Shown: positions 14,512-31,479, counted from the first letter of the stretch. The stretch is DNA of 64,000 nt from Eledone cirrhosa (GCA_964016885.1 OZ024741.1:10602001-10666000); one strand, 5' to 3'. Numbers and translations are program-made. The notes: generated by a model not told the origin, from the letters alone.

Positions 14512-14976
14512 GCGAAATCTGTCCACGCCTTGAACCCTGGGTGACACCTAAAAGTCAAATTCTAGGTCACCATCCTCTTTGGTGTGGACAGGTTCATTCG
14601 TGAGCTATCCCTTCGAGGTGGGAGACAGAAAGCGACAGGTATATAAAGCCTGTATATTCCCATGTTTTACACAGAGCGATTGGAGCAGTACACTATTACA
14701 AGTTATGTGAAAGATTCACCGCATTACAAGCTATGTGAAAGATTCACCGCTACCTTCAGGCCGCAGAGGTCTACAGACCATTACTCTCTCTCTCCTGGTC
14801 TCAGACTTCACCAGCCTCATGAACCAACAACAAAATAACATTGTCAACCTTCGCAACTCGTGGTAACTTGTTTATTGTTCTTTTTGACTAAAGTGAAGTA
14901 AACCTTTTTATATATGAAGTAATTCAGCTATTCTTGTTATTACATCTAACAATATCTATTAATACCCTTCGTTACA
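14508..14976 (+). mobile_element. Solo LTR of an LTR retrotransposon inserted in (TA)n
   Basis: Begins TGTAGCGAA and ends TTCGTTACA (TG...CA with short terminal inverted repeat). Internal TATATAAAG (~14640) and AGTAAA (~14897). No ORF. Confidence 0.7.
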
Positions 14977-15007
14977 TATATATATGTATATAGATATATA
15001 TATATGT

Positions 15008-17798
15008 GATATGAGAAGACGTGACAGAGTGTCTGTTGTAAACACTAAATCCCTCCCCCATGAAGAATGCACCTCCCAACATAGACTGATAATTAGCGAC
15101 CTCATAGTCAGGACGAGACGTACTCGACAGCAGAAGAGGACTATCCTCAGGAGAAAAATATGGAAGCTAAAGGACTCCACAGCCAGAAATAAATTTAAAA
15201 GCATATTACTTGTTGCTTTCGACAGTAAGGAAGAGCATTTAGAGTCGTACAATATAGAGGAACAGTGAGAATTCCTGAAAGCAAACCTGCTGATGGCGGC
15301 AGACGAAGTCTGTGGCTGGAGCAGGCCTATAGACAAGAGGAGAGTAACATGGTGGTGGAACAGTAAGGTGGAGGGGTCAATTAAGGCCAAAAAGCAGGCT
15401 TGGAAAGTATGGCGGGATGGGGGAAGTAGAGAAGACTATTACGTGGCCAGGAGGGAAGCTAGGAGACAAGTGTACTTCGCAAGAAGGGAAGCAGAGGAAA
15501 GAAAGTTCAAGCATGTTCTACAACGCGAGGACCAAAAACGTGAGGTGTTCAGGATTGCTAGGCAATGTGTCAAGGAAAACCGTGATATTGTCGGGGAGAA
15601 GTGTGTACTTAATGATGATGGTGTACTTGCCATCACTGACGCTGATAAGAAGGTAGCTTGGAAGTGTCACTACGAAAGGCTACTAAATGAGGAGAATAAA
15701 TGGGAGAAAGACAGTCTCCCCCACATCGACCCAATAGAGGGACCAACAGTGTTTGTCGAAGGTAGTATAATAAGTAAGGCAATCAAAGATATGAAGACGG
15801 GTAAGGCGGCTGGGCCTTCGGAAATAGTTGCTGAAATGCTGAAAGCCTCTGGAACGGTGGGACACACCATGGTCTCCCGGATAGTAAACCAAGTCATACA
15901 GAATGGGGTTGTTCCGAAGGACTGGCGTAGCAGCATCATCATTAACTGCTACAAGGGTAAAGGAGATGCCCTAGATAGGAGTAACTATAGAGGCATTAAA
16001 TTAATCGACCAGGTCATGAAGGTCACAGAAAAAGTAATAGCGCAACTAATCAGAGAGAGAATTGATCTAGATGAAATGCAGTTCGGGTTTTTGTCAGGCA
16101 AAAGTACCACGCTCTTTTCATTGTACGACAACTACAGGAGAAGTACCTAGCTAAAAGTAAACCCCTATACTTAGCTTTTGTCGACTTGGAGAAAGCCTTC
16201 GACAGAGTACACCGTTCCATTATCTGGTGGGCTCTTAGAAAACTAGGTGTTGATGAATGGCTTGTGAGAGCTATACAAGCCATGTATAAAGAAACAGTCA
16301 GCAAGGTTAGAATTAACAACGAATATAGTGAAGAGTTTAGCGTAAAAGTTGGTGTTCATCAGGACTCCGTTATTAGTCCGCTACTATTTATTATTGCCCT
16401 TCAGGCTATAACAGAGGAGTTCAAGACCGGCTGCCCATGGGAACTCCTATACACAGATGATCTAACGCTCATAGCTGAATCAATGGCTGAACTAGAGAAG
16501 AAATTCCAAACATGGAAGCATGGCCTAGAATCAAAAGGCCTTAAAATTAACCTGTCTAAGACTAAAGTTCTAGTTTGTAGGAAAGAAAATAAGGCGCCGG
16601 TCCCATCCGGGAAATGGCCATGTTCAGTGTGTAGGAAAGGAGTAGGTAGAAACTCCATTTTATGTCCCAAATGCAAAGTATGGATGCATAAAAGATCTAG
16701 TGGGATCACAGGTAAGCTAACTAAGAACATAGATTTTATGTGGCCGGTGCTCTGGTGCAATAAGTAGCAGCAAGTGCCCACAAAATACTAGCTCTTTCAA
16801 TTGCACAGATGGTTCTATAGAAATAGTGGACAGCTTCCGTTACCTGGGTGACAAAATCAGCAGTGGGGGAGGGTGCTCTGAAAGTACAGTAGCTAGAGTC
16901 AGAACTGGTTGGAAAAAGTTCAGAGATCTTATACCACTATTAACCGCTAAAGGGTTTTCCCTAAAAATGAAAGGCAGGCTGTATGATACCTGCATACGAA
17001 CAGCAATGTTGCATGGCAGTGAGACCTGGGCATTGTGTGCAGAGGATATACGCAGACTAGAGAGGAACGAAGCTTGCATGCTCCGCCGGATGTGTAATAG
17101 TAATATACGTGAACGGCAAAGCATAAACGAACTAAGGGAAAAATTAGAAATAAGAGGGATCAGATGTTGTTTACTCGAGAGAAGGCTACGTTGGTACGGT
17201 CACGTGATGCGCATGAAAGACGACAGCTGTATAAAAAAGTGCAGGGCAATAAAAATAGACGGTAGCCACGGAGTAGGCAGATCCAGAAAAACCTGGGTCG
17301 ACTTGATAAATTCCGACCTCACACACTTACACCTCTCCAAGACAATGTCACTGGACCGAGATCTTTGGCGCTACACAGTAATAGAGAAGACCCGCCTTAC
17401 CTAAATACAAAGTAAAACCTACTACAGTCATTAAACACCTCTAACAAAATACACCCCCGTCCCACTAGCCCTACCCCATCCACACCACCCCTTTCAATGT
17501 AAAGTTATGTTGGTACCACAACATCCAGGCCGAAACAAATGAGGTCGTGTAGGTGTCACGACAAAAAAACACACAGTCCACGCTGTAATGTGGCCGTGTA
17601 GGTAACACGGTAAAAACCTCCCAGTTCCACACTGTAAATGTGGTTGGTGTTAGGAAGGGCATCCATCCGTAGAAAACCCGCCAGACAGTCCTATTCGAGC
17701 AAGACAACCACTCTTGCCTCAAGTGGGAAAACTCCCGTCCAAACCCATGCAAGCGTGGAATATGGACGTTAAACGATGATGATGATGATGAAGATGAT
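15008..17798 (+). mobile_element. 5'-truncated, decayed RTE-clade LINE (APE C-terminus, RT, C-terminal domain, 3'UTR, (GAT)n tail)
   Basis: ORF pieces contain SQHRLIISDL (APE end), KGKGDALDRSNYRGIKL, QFGF, EKAFDRV, GVHQDSVISPLLF, YTDD, FRYLG and MLHGSETW. Split by stops and frameshifts. 3' end ...GGACGTTAAAC(GAT)n. Confidence 0.9.
15293..17404 (+). pseudogene. Disrupted RTE reverse transcriptase ORF
   Basis: Three consecutive ORF fragments (15293-16150, 16186-16767, 16826-17404) in different frames carry successive RT motifs. Confidence 0.85.
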
Positions 17799-17813
17799 GT
17801 GTGTGTGTGTGTG

Positions 17814-17900
17814 CAGTATATACTCAAATATAAGCCGAGGATTATGGGACCGAAAAATCAATGGTAGAAAGGGGATTCGGCTTATATTCAGCATCAATAT
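17814..17900 (+). mobile_element. Possible left end of a pogo/Tigger-type MITE
   Basis: CAGTATATACTCAAATATAAGCCGAG with the internal complement CGGCTTATATTC resembles pogo-like MITE termini. No clear matching right terminus. Confidence 0.3.
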
Positions 17901-19469
17901 TTTGACGATTTTCAATGAAAGCAAAACATCGTTTATTTCCGTATTACTACCACGCGTAAGTGGAGTTACTTGGTAGTAATACGGAAATAAACGATGACGA
18001 ATGACGTCACCTTCGCCTGCTTTCACGACTGACAGCTATATATCACGTGAACACAATCACATTATTCTTTCAAAAGGAAAGGTCTGGCGCCATTTTTCTC
18101 CAGTGTTAATGTTAATGTTAACAAACGCAGGAGAACAGAATAAACAGCATTACAACTTATATCCACATTAATGATGACAAATTGTAAAAGCAAAAGATAA
18201 GAAAATGTAAGTAATATCAAATAATTATTAAAAAGTGTTGAATTTAAAAACGTTCAGTCTGACGGCTGAGTTATGTATATGTATGTTACAGTCGCATTAC
18301 ACGAATAATTAAGTTTCATACATACATATATATGTATGTATATATATGTATTTTATTTTATGAAAGCGCACCATAATTTGCCTTGGTGGCCCTTGAAATA
18401 TGTATAATAAAATAAATATGGTTTTATAAATATTTATTAATATATTGTATATATATATATATATATGTATTAGAATTGGTGCTCGGAAATAGCTATATAT
18501 ATATGAATGTATATACAGTGTATTTTGCAATACACTGTATGCTTAATTAAAAGCATTTCGAAGACCTTATGCTATTGTTTTAGAGTAGTGACAGACTCAC
18601 TTATTTTAATTTCAGCAAACAGGGGGAGAGATAAAGCTGAAATTATTATGTTGATTTGTCACGAACCTTAAGATAATCCTTATTCCCTATAAATAACTGT
18701 AATCGAATTGCATGCATACACATATATATATACATACACAATTCCCACATATACATACATATACGTACGCACACAAATAGGTAGATATGCATCACATATA
18801 TATATATACATACAGATACATATACACGCATAAAACATACGTACACGTATATCAATACACACATATATATAGATACACACATATAGAGAGAGAAATATAT
18901 ATAAATACAGTACATAGTATAATTGAAGTACATAAAATACAAAAGAATTATGTTAGGATTTGGAAGTATAATTATAAGCAATATAAATTTAAAACAATAT
19001 ATCTTTAAAAATATTATAGAATATTTCAAGTTATAATTTTAAAATATGTTTAATAAATTTAGTATAACATTTTCTGCGTATATTTAACTTAATTTTATAT
19101 CCATAAGAGAAAGAAAAATAAACCTTCAAAAGATAAACTTTGGAAAATAGGAGAAACTATCAAAAAATGTTTTCCCCTCTTAATAGCTTTCAGTATATTT
19201 CTCTAGAAGATTTTATTATATTTATTTATATTTCGGAAGAAATGTTTTTTTTACTTGAGTGTATAAGCAGGAATCTAATGAAGGAATCTAATGATTTATC
19301 GATAGGTTCAATATATCAATAGAATTAATTAATTAATTATATATTACATTTTAAATTTATATGTAAATGTTGAGTTCAATCTATGTCTACAGCAACTGAA
19401 TAAATTGTTCCCTAAGTTCAGGGAATTTTTGGTCTTTAATATAAAGAATATTTCCTCTATACAAAGATG

Positions 19470-22354
<2,885 letters not shown>

Positions 22355-22710
22355 ATCATCATCATCATCATTCATCATCATTTCATTTTACGTCCGCTTT
22401 TCCCTGCTTGCAAGGGTGGGACGGGAACTGATTCTGGCTTGATTTCTACAGCTGGATGCCCTTCCTAACACCAACCTCATTTACAGTGAGTGCTGGGTGC
22501 TTTTTTGCCGTGGCACCTCCACGACCACTTTGTAGTGGAATGATAGAGACTGGTATCCCTATCATCTCATTTCTACAGCTGAGTAAACTGGAGCAATGTG
22601 AAATAAAGTGTCTTGCTCAAGGAAACAACACATCACCCGGTCTGAGAATTGAACTCACAACCTTTTGATTGCAAGGCCAATGCTCTAACCACTAAGCCAT
22701 GTGCCTCCAC
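22355..22710 (-). mobile_element. tRNA-derived SINE with RTE-type 3' tail
   Basis: Minus strand has A box TGGCTTAGTGG, B box GAGTTCAATTC and central CCTTGAGCAAGACACTT. Its tail GGTTGGTGTTAGGAAGGGCATCCA...GGACGTAAAATG...(GAT)n matches the 3' end of the RTE LINE at 17642-17798. Confidence 0.85.
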
Positions 22711-22957
22711 GTATGTATATATATATATGTATGTATATATATATATGTATGTATATATATATATGTATGTATATATATATATGTATGTATATATATATAT
22801 GTATGTATATATATATATGTATGTATATATATATATGTATGTATATATATATATATGTATGTATATATGTATGTATGTATATATATATGTATGTATGTAT
22901 ATATATATGTATGTATGTATATATATATGTATGTATGTATATATATATGTATGTATC

Positions 22958-22989
<32 letters not shown>

Positions 22990-23139
22990 TGTATGTATAT
23001 ATGTATGTATGTATGTATGTATCTATGAATGTATATATATGTATGTATATATATATGTATGTATATATATATGTATATATGTATGTATGTATGTATATAT
23101 GTATGTATGTATGTATATATGTATGTATATATATGTTAT

Positions 23140-23778
23140 GTCAGGTCACCAGTTGGTGCTACTGGTAACATGTATCCCAGTACAACCTGTCTCATGGTCG
23201 GGTCGTTGGCGACTAAACTGGCAACCCCACCAAGGTTTCTTAGTGAGGAGGGTGACTTTGGACATCCTGCAGGACTAAAAACAAAACCTGTCAAAGGGCA
23301 AAGGAGCTCTTAAGAGTCAATGGCCATCCAAAATCACCGGGAGAGATGACCCCTTTAGCCTTAGTCAAGGCAGAATTCTAGGAGAAGGAAAACTCTGATA
23401 TAACACCTGCAACCCTGATGGTATCCAATGATGTTGACTTGTTCTTCTTTTTGGTAAATAGCATCTTGGTTAAGAGAGTGGGACTGGCTTTGTGCAGTGC
23501 CTTTGCTCACTATAAAAGCTTCACGGCACAGGCATTGCTTTATATCTGGAGATCTCTCTGCACTTGTCCTCACATGGGCCCAGCACTATGTGTCAATAAT
23601 TGTCCTACCATGGGCCTAGCACTATGTGTCAATAATTGTCACAGGTGTAGTGTTTGTACCAGAGGTTTCAAGTCGCTGGCTGGACTAAAAAGTCACACTC
23701 GTTCAGCGCTTCGGTAGGGGTTATCCTACATGGATGTAAAGTAGTGGCCGTACTCGAAAACGAGTTGGCAGCCACCAT
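23140..23778 (+). mobile_element. ~610-bp non-autonomous bipartite RTE-derived element, copy 1 (with ~30-bp internal duplication)
   Basis: Starts GTCAGGTCACC. Contains RTE-5'UTR-like CTAGGAGAAGGAAAACTCTGAT. 3' part encodes [21 protein letters not shown] (RTE C-terminal zinc-finger-like motif) and ends in the stem-loop CTCGAAAACGAG...CAGCCACCAT. Confidence 0.75.
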
Positions 23779-23909
23779 GTATATATGTATGTATGTATAT
23801 ATATATGTATGTATGTATATATGTATGTATGTATATATGTATGTATGTATGTATGTATATATGTATGTATATATATATGTATGTATATATATATATATGT
23901 ATGTATATA

Positions 23910-23942
<33 letters not shown>

Positions 23943-23951
23943 ATATGTATG

Positions 23952-23983
<32 letters not shown>

Positions 23984-24091
23984 TGTATATATATATGTAT
24001 GTATGTATATATATATGTATGTATATATATATATGTATGTATGTATGTATGTATATATGTATGTATATATGTATGTATATATGTATGTATG

Positions 24092-24177
<86 letters not shown>

Positions 24178-24221
24178 TGTATGTATGTATGTATATGTAT
24201 GTATGTATGTATGTATATATA

Positions 24222-24697
24222 TTATTGTGGTAATTGTCTTATTCAGGACTAGTCTGAGTTTAATGATTCTTGCATTTACCCTGTACACTGAGATTACTTT
24301 ATCTACCCACTTGTCAGCTAATAGTATACCTACACCACCCATCCCATCGTCATTTCCCACCCAGAAAAATTTGTAGCACCGACTTTTTCCTACAAGGACT
24401 CTAGCAGACTCTCCTCTCCATCTAGTCTCTTGCACACAGCATACATCAACTTCCTTTCGCTCTAGCATGTCTACGATTTCTCCTGCTCTTCCTTTCATTG
24501 AGCCTACATTGATGGTACCAACTCGGAGTTTTGGGCATTTGTCGACACTCGTAGGTAAGGGTCTCTGGGTTGGCGCTTCACGTGGGTGCTTGGTAGCTCG
24601 CAGATTCATATTTCATCTATTGATTCAGAGTTGCTCAAATGTATTCTCAGCTCATCCATCCATAACGGTGGGAAAATTGAGGGCTAGAAGAACAGAA
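24222..24697 (-). mobile_element. 5' fragment of an RTE LINE (APE endonuclease N-terminus)
   Basis: ORF from 24609 reads [11 protein letters not shown]...[10 protein letters not shown]...GGVGILL...[11 protein letters not shown]; truncated by microsatellite. Confidence 0.85.
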
Positions 24698-25061
24698 TAT
24701 GTTTATATATGTATATATATGTATATGTGTTTATATATATATATGTGTTTATATATATATGTGTTTATATGTGTGTATATATGTATGTATATATATATAT
24801 GTATATATATATCTATGTATATATATATATGTATGTATATGTATGTGTGTATATGTATGTATATGTATATGTATATGTATGTATATGTATATGTATATGT
24901 ATATATATGTGTATGTATATATATGTATATATATATGTGTGTGTATACGTGTGTGTATATACATGTGTATATGTACATATGTATATATACATGTGTATAT
25001 ATGCATGTGTATATGTGTATGTATATATATATGTATATATATGTATATATGTATATATGGG

Positions 25062-25093
<32 letters not shown>

Positions 25094-25275
25094 GGTATGT
25101 ATATGTATGTATATATATGTATGTATAGGTATGTATATGTATGTATATATATGTATATATAAGTATATATATGTATGTATATATATGTATATATATGTAT
25201 ATATATATGTGTATATATAAGTATATATATGTATGTATATGTATGTATGTGTAAGTATATATATGTATGTGTGTG

Positions 25276-25328
<53 letters not shown>

Positions 25329-25329
25329 G

Positions 25330-25386
<57 letters not shown>

Positions 25387-25600
25387 GTATGTATGTATAT
25401 ATATGTATATATATATATGTATGTATATGTATGTATATATATATATGTGTGTATATATATGTATATGTATATATAAGTATATATATGTTTATATATATAT
25501 GTATGTGTATATGTGTATATATAAGTATATATATGTATGTATATATATGTATATATGTATGTATATATATGTATATATGTATGTATATATATGTATATAT

Positions 25601-26210
25601 GTCAGGTCACCAGTTGGTGCTACTGGTAACATGTATCCCAGTACAACCTGTTTCATGGTCGGGTCGTTGGCGACTAAACTGGCAACCCCACCAAGTTTTC
25701 TTGGTGAGGAGGGTGACTTTGGACATCCTGCAGGACTAAAAACAAAACCTGTCAAAGGGCAAAGGAGCTCTTAAGAGTCAATGGCCATCCAAAATCACCG
25801 GGAGAGATGACCCCTTAGCCTTTGTCAAGGCAGAATTCTAGGAGAAGGAAAACTCTGATATAACACCTGCAACCCTGATGGTATCCAATGATGTTGACTT
25901 GTTCTTCTTTTTGGTAAATATCATCTTGGTTAAGAGAGTGGGACTGGCTTTGTGCAGTGCCTTTGCTCACTATAAAAGCTTCATGGCACAGGCATTGCTT
26001 TGTATCTGGAGATCTCTCTGCACTTGTCGTCACATGGTACCATGGGCCCAGCACTATGTGTCAATAATTGTCACAAGTGTAGTGTTTGTACCAGAGTTTT
26101 CAAGTCGCTGGCTGGACTCAAAAGTCACACTCGTTCAGCGTATCGGTAGGGGTTCTCCTACATGGATATAAAGTAGTGGCCGTACTCGAAAACGAGTTGG
26201 CAGCCACCAT
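25601..26210 (+). mobile_element. ~610-bp bipartite RTE-derived element, copy 2
   Basis: Near-identical to copy 1; same termini; flanked by TATG repeats. Confidence 0.75.
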
Positions 26211-27548
26211 ATGTATGTATATATATATATATGTATATGTATGTATATGTATATATATGTATGTGTATGTATATGTATATGTATGTATATGTATGTATAT
26301 GTATGTATATATATATATGTATATGTATGTATATGTATGTATATATATATATGTATGTATATGTATGTATGTGTGTATGTGTATATGTATGTATGTGTAT
26401 ATGTGTGTGTATGTATATGTATGTATATGTATGTATATGTGTATATATGTATATGTATGTATATGTATGTATATATATATATGTATATGTATGTATATGT
26501 GTATGTGTGTATATGTATGTATATGTATGTATGTGTATATGTATATGTATGTATATGTATGTATATGTATGTATATGTGTATATATGTATATGTATGTAT
26601 ATGTATGTATATATATATGTATATGTATATGTATGTATATGTATGTATATGTATGTATGTGTATATGTATGTATGTGTGTATATGTATGTATATGTATAT
26701 GTATGTATGTGTATGTATATGTATATGTATGTATGTGTATGTATATGTATATGTATGTATATGTATGTATATGTATATGTATGTATATGTATGTATATTT
26801 ATATATATATATATGTATATGTATGTGTGTGTATGTATGTATATGTATGTATATATATATGTATGTATATGTATGTATATGTATATGTATGTATATGTAT
26901 GTATATATATATGTATGTATATGTATGTATATGTGTATGTATGTATGTATATATGTATGTATGTATGTATATATATATGTATGTATATATATATGTATGT
27001 ATGTATATATGTATGTATGTATGTATGTGTATATGTATGTGTATGTATGTATATATATATATGTATGTATATGTATATGTATGTATATGTATGTATATAT
27101 ATATGTATGTATATGTATGTATGTATGTATGTATATGTATGTGTATGTATGTATATATATGTATGTATGTATATGTATGTATGTATGTATGTATGTATAT
27201 GTATGTATGTATGTATATGTATATATGTATGTATGTATATGTGTATGTATGTATATGTATGTATGTATATGTATGTATGTATGTATGTGTATGTGTATGT
27301 ATGTATGTATATGTATGTATGTGTGTATGTATATGTATGTATGTATGTATGTATATGTGTATGTATGTATGTGTATATGTATGTATGTGTATATGTATGT
27401 ATATATATATGTATGTATATATATATGTATGTATGTATATATGTATGTATATGTGTATGTATGTATGTATGTATATATGTATGTATGTATGTATATGTGT
27501 ATGTATGTATGTATATATGTATGTATATATGTATGTATGTATGTATAT

Positions 27549-28158
27549 GTCAGGTCACCAGTTGGTGCTACTGGTAACATGTATCCCAGTACAACCTGTC
27601 TCATGGTCGGGTCGTTGGCGACTAAACTGGCAACCCCACCAAGGTTTCTTGGTGAGGAGGGTGACTTTGGACATCCTGCAGGACTAAAAACAAAACCTGT
27701 CAAAGGGCAAGGGAGCTCTTAAGAGTCAATAGCCATCCAAAATCACCGGGAGAGATGACCCCTTAGCCTTTGTTAAGGCAGAATTCTAGGAGAAGGAAAA
27801 CTCTGATATAACACCTGCAACCCTGATGGTATCCAATGATGTTGACTTGTTCTTCTTTTTGGTAAATATCATCTTGGTTAAGAGAGTGGGACTGGCTTTG
27901 TGCAGTGCCTTTGCTCACTATAAAAGCTTCACAGCACAGGCATTGCTTTATATCTGGAGATCTCTCTGCACTTGTCATCACATGGTACCATGGGCCCTGC
28001 ACTATGTGTCAATAATGGTCACAAGTGTAGTCTTTGTACCAGAGTTTTCAAGTCGCTGGCTGGACTAAAAAGTCACATTCGTTCAGCGCATCGGTAGGGG
28101 TTCTCCTACATGGATATAAAGTAGTGGCCGTACTCGAAAACGAGTTGGCAGCCACCAT
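27549..28158 (+). mobile_element. ~610-bp bipartite RTE-derived element, copy 3
   Basis: Near-identical to copies 1 and 2; same termini. Confidence 0.75.
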
Positions 28159-28763
28159 ATATATATATATATGTATGTATATATATATATATGTATATAT
28201 ATGTATGTATGTGTATGTATGTATATATATATGTATGGATATATATGTATGTATGTATGTATATATCTATATGTGTATGTATATGTATATATATATGTAT
28301 GTATATGTATATATATATGTATGTATATGTATATATATATGTATATGTATATGTATATATATATGTATATGTATATATGTATGTATATGTATATGTATAT
28401 ATATATGTATATGTATATATATATGTATATGTATATGTATATATATATGTATATGTATATATATATGTATATGTATATGTATATGTATATATATATGTAT
28501 ATGTATATATGTATATATATGTATATGTATATATATATGTATATGTATATATATATGTATATATATATGTATATATGTATATATATATGTATATGTATAT
28601 ATATATATGTATATGTATATATATATATGTATATATATATGTATATATATATGTATATGTATATATATATGTATATATGTATATGTATATATATATGTAT
28701 ATATGTATATGTATATGTATATATATATATATGTATATATATATGTATATGTATATATATATG

Positions 28764-29417
28764 AAAACAAATAACGAAACGAAATTAAATTTCGTTTCGT
28801 TTGTAACTCACTTTTGTATGACTGACGCTTAAACAATTAAGTTAAAGATGTACATCCATATATGTATACTGAAATACTAGTATGTATATGAATACACACA
28901 CGTATACATATGTAGATGTACCAAGTTTTTTCACTGGTCACTTTACTGTGAGTGGCCAGCTATTCTGTATGTAAACACACAGACAAACCGGTTTTTAGAG
29001 TCATACTGGTTTTTGAGGAAACACCTTTCCTCTATTCTCCAGAAAGCCAGACAAGGAATATTGAACTAGTTTCGTTGTTGTTACAACTCATCAGCAATAT
29101 TTACCTATCTTCCGGCCTTTCTAGAGAATCATAAAAGTACATATCGTTATATGCTTTTTCTATGAAAATTAGTAGTGGGCAGACTAATTTGCATAGAGTG
29201 TGAGTAAGTACCGGTTCAACGGAGACGATAAAAACAAATAACGAAACGAAATTAAATTTCGTTTCGTTTGTAACTCACTTTTGTATGACTGACGCTTAAA
29301 CAATTAAGTTAAAGATGTACATCCATATATGTATACTGAAATACTAGTATGTATATGAATACACACACGTATACATATGTAGATGTACCAAGTTTTTTCA
29401 CTGGTCACTTTACTGTG
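28764..29417 (-). mobile_element. Retrozyme-like / non-autonomous PLE: 467-bp unit in a 1.4x partial tandem with a hammerhead
   Basis: 187-bp direct repeats at 28764-28950 and 29231-29417 flank a core containing a canonical HHR. No meaningful ORF. Flanked by TA/TATG repeats. Confidence 0.75.
29057..29101 (-). ncRNA. Minimal type-I hammerhead ribozyme
   Basis: Minus strand: AATATTG-CTGATGA-GTTGT(AACA)ACAAC-GAAAC-TA-GTT-CAATATT. 7-bp stem I, perfect core, 5-bp stem II, palindromic ACTAGT stem III, GUU site. Confidence 0.88.
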
Positions 29418-29533
29418 TATAGGTATATATGTGTATAGGTATATATATGTATAGGTATATATATAAATGTATATATATATGTATATATATATATGTATAT
29501 ATATATATGTATATATGTATATATATATTGTAT

Positions 29534-30143
29534 GTCAGGTCACCACTTGGTGCTACTGGTAACATGTATCCCAGTACAACCTGTCTCATGGTCGGGTCAT
29601 TGGCGACTAAACTGGCAACCCCACCAAGGTTTCTTGGTGAGGAATGTGACTTTGGACATCCTACAGGACTAAAAGCAAAACCTGTCAAAGGGCAGAGGAG
29701 CTCTTAAGAGTCAATGGCCATCCAAAATCACCGGGAGAGATGACCCCTTAGCCTTTGTCAAGGCAGAATTCTAGGAGAAGGAGAATTCGGATATAACACC
29801 TGCAACCCTGATGGTACCCAATGATGCTGACTTGTTCTTCTTTTTGGTAAATATCATCTTGGTTAAAAGAGTGGGACTGGCTTTGTGCAGTGCCTTTGCT
29901 CACTATAAAAGCTTCACGGCACAGGTATTGTTTTATATCTGGAGATCTCTCTGCACTTGTCGTCACATGGTACCATGGGCCCAGCACTAAGTGTCAATAA
30001 TTGTCACAAGTGTAGTGTTTGTACCAGAGTTTTCAAGTCGCTGGCTGGACTAAAATGTCACACTCGTTCAGCGTATCGGTAGGGGTTCTCCTACATGGAT
30101 ATAAAGTAGTGGCCGTACTCGAAAACGAGTTGGCAGCCACCAT
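29534..30143 (+). mobile_element. ~610-bp bipartite RTE-derived element, copy 4
   Basis: Same family; shares diagnostic 5' variants with copy 5. Confidence 0.75.
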
Positions 30144-31171
30144 ATATGTTTATATATGTATATATATATATGTATATATGTTTATATGTTTATATATGTA
30201 TATATATATATGTATATATATATATGTATATATGTATATATATATATGTATATATGTATATATATATGTATATATGTATATATATATGTATATGTATATA
30301 TATATATATGTATATGTATATATATATGTATATATATATGTATATATATATGTATATATATATGTATATATATGTATATATATGTATATATATATGTATA
30401 TATATGTATATATGTGTATATATATATGTATATGTATATATGTGTATATATATGTGTATATATATATGTATATATGTGTATATATATATATGTGTATATA
30501 TATATGTGTATATATATATGTATATATATATATATATGTATATATATGTATATATATATATGTATATATATATATGTATATATATGTATATATATGTATA
30601 TATATATATGTATATATATGTATATATATATATATATGTATATATATGTATATATATATATGTATATATATGTATATATATGTATATATATATATGTATA
30701 TATATGTATATATATGTATATATATGTATATATATATATGTATATATATGTATATATATATATGTATATATATGTATATATATATATGTATATATATGTA
30801 TATATATATATGTATATATATGTATATATATATATGTATATATATGTATATATATATATGTATATATATGTATGTATATATGTATATATATGTATATATA
30901 TATATGTATATATATGTATGTATATATATGTATATATATATATGTATATATATGTATGTATATATATGTATATATATATATGTATATATATGTATATATA
31001 TGTATATGTATGTATATATATGTATATATATGTATATATATATATGTATATATATATATATGTATATATATGTATATGTATATATATGTATATGTATATA
31101 TATATGTATATATATGTATATATATATGTATATATATATATGTATATATATATATGTATATATATATATGT

Positions 31172-31211
<40 letters not shown>

Positions 31212-31374
31212 GTATATATATATATGTATATATATATATGTATATATATGTATATATATGTATATATATATATGTATATATATGTATATATATGTATGTA
31301 TATATATGTATATATATATATGTATATATATGTATATATATATATGTATATATATATATGTATATATATATATG

Positions 31375-31423
<49 letters not shown>

Positions 31424-31448
31424 GTATATATATATATGTATATATATG

Positions 31449-31479
<31 letters not shown>

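Noticed and set aside
22640-22710. tRNA gene (also 49233-49320)
   Set aside because: A/B boxes are present but no full cloverleaf; both continue into SINE bodies and tails.
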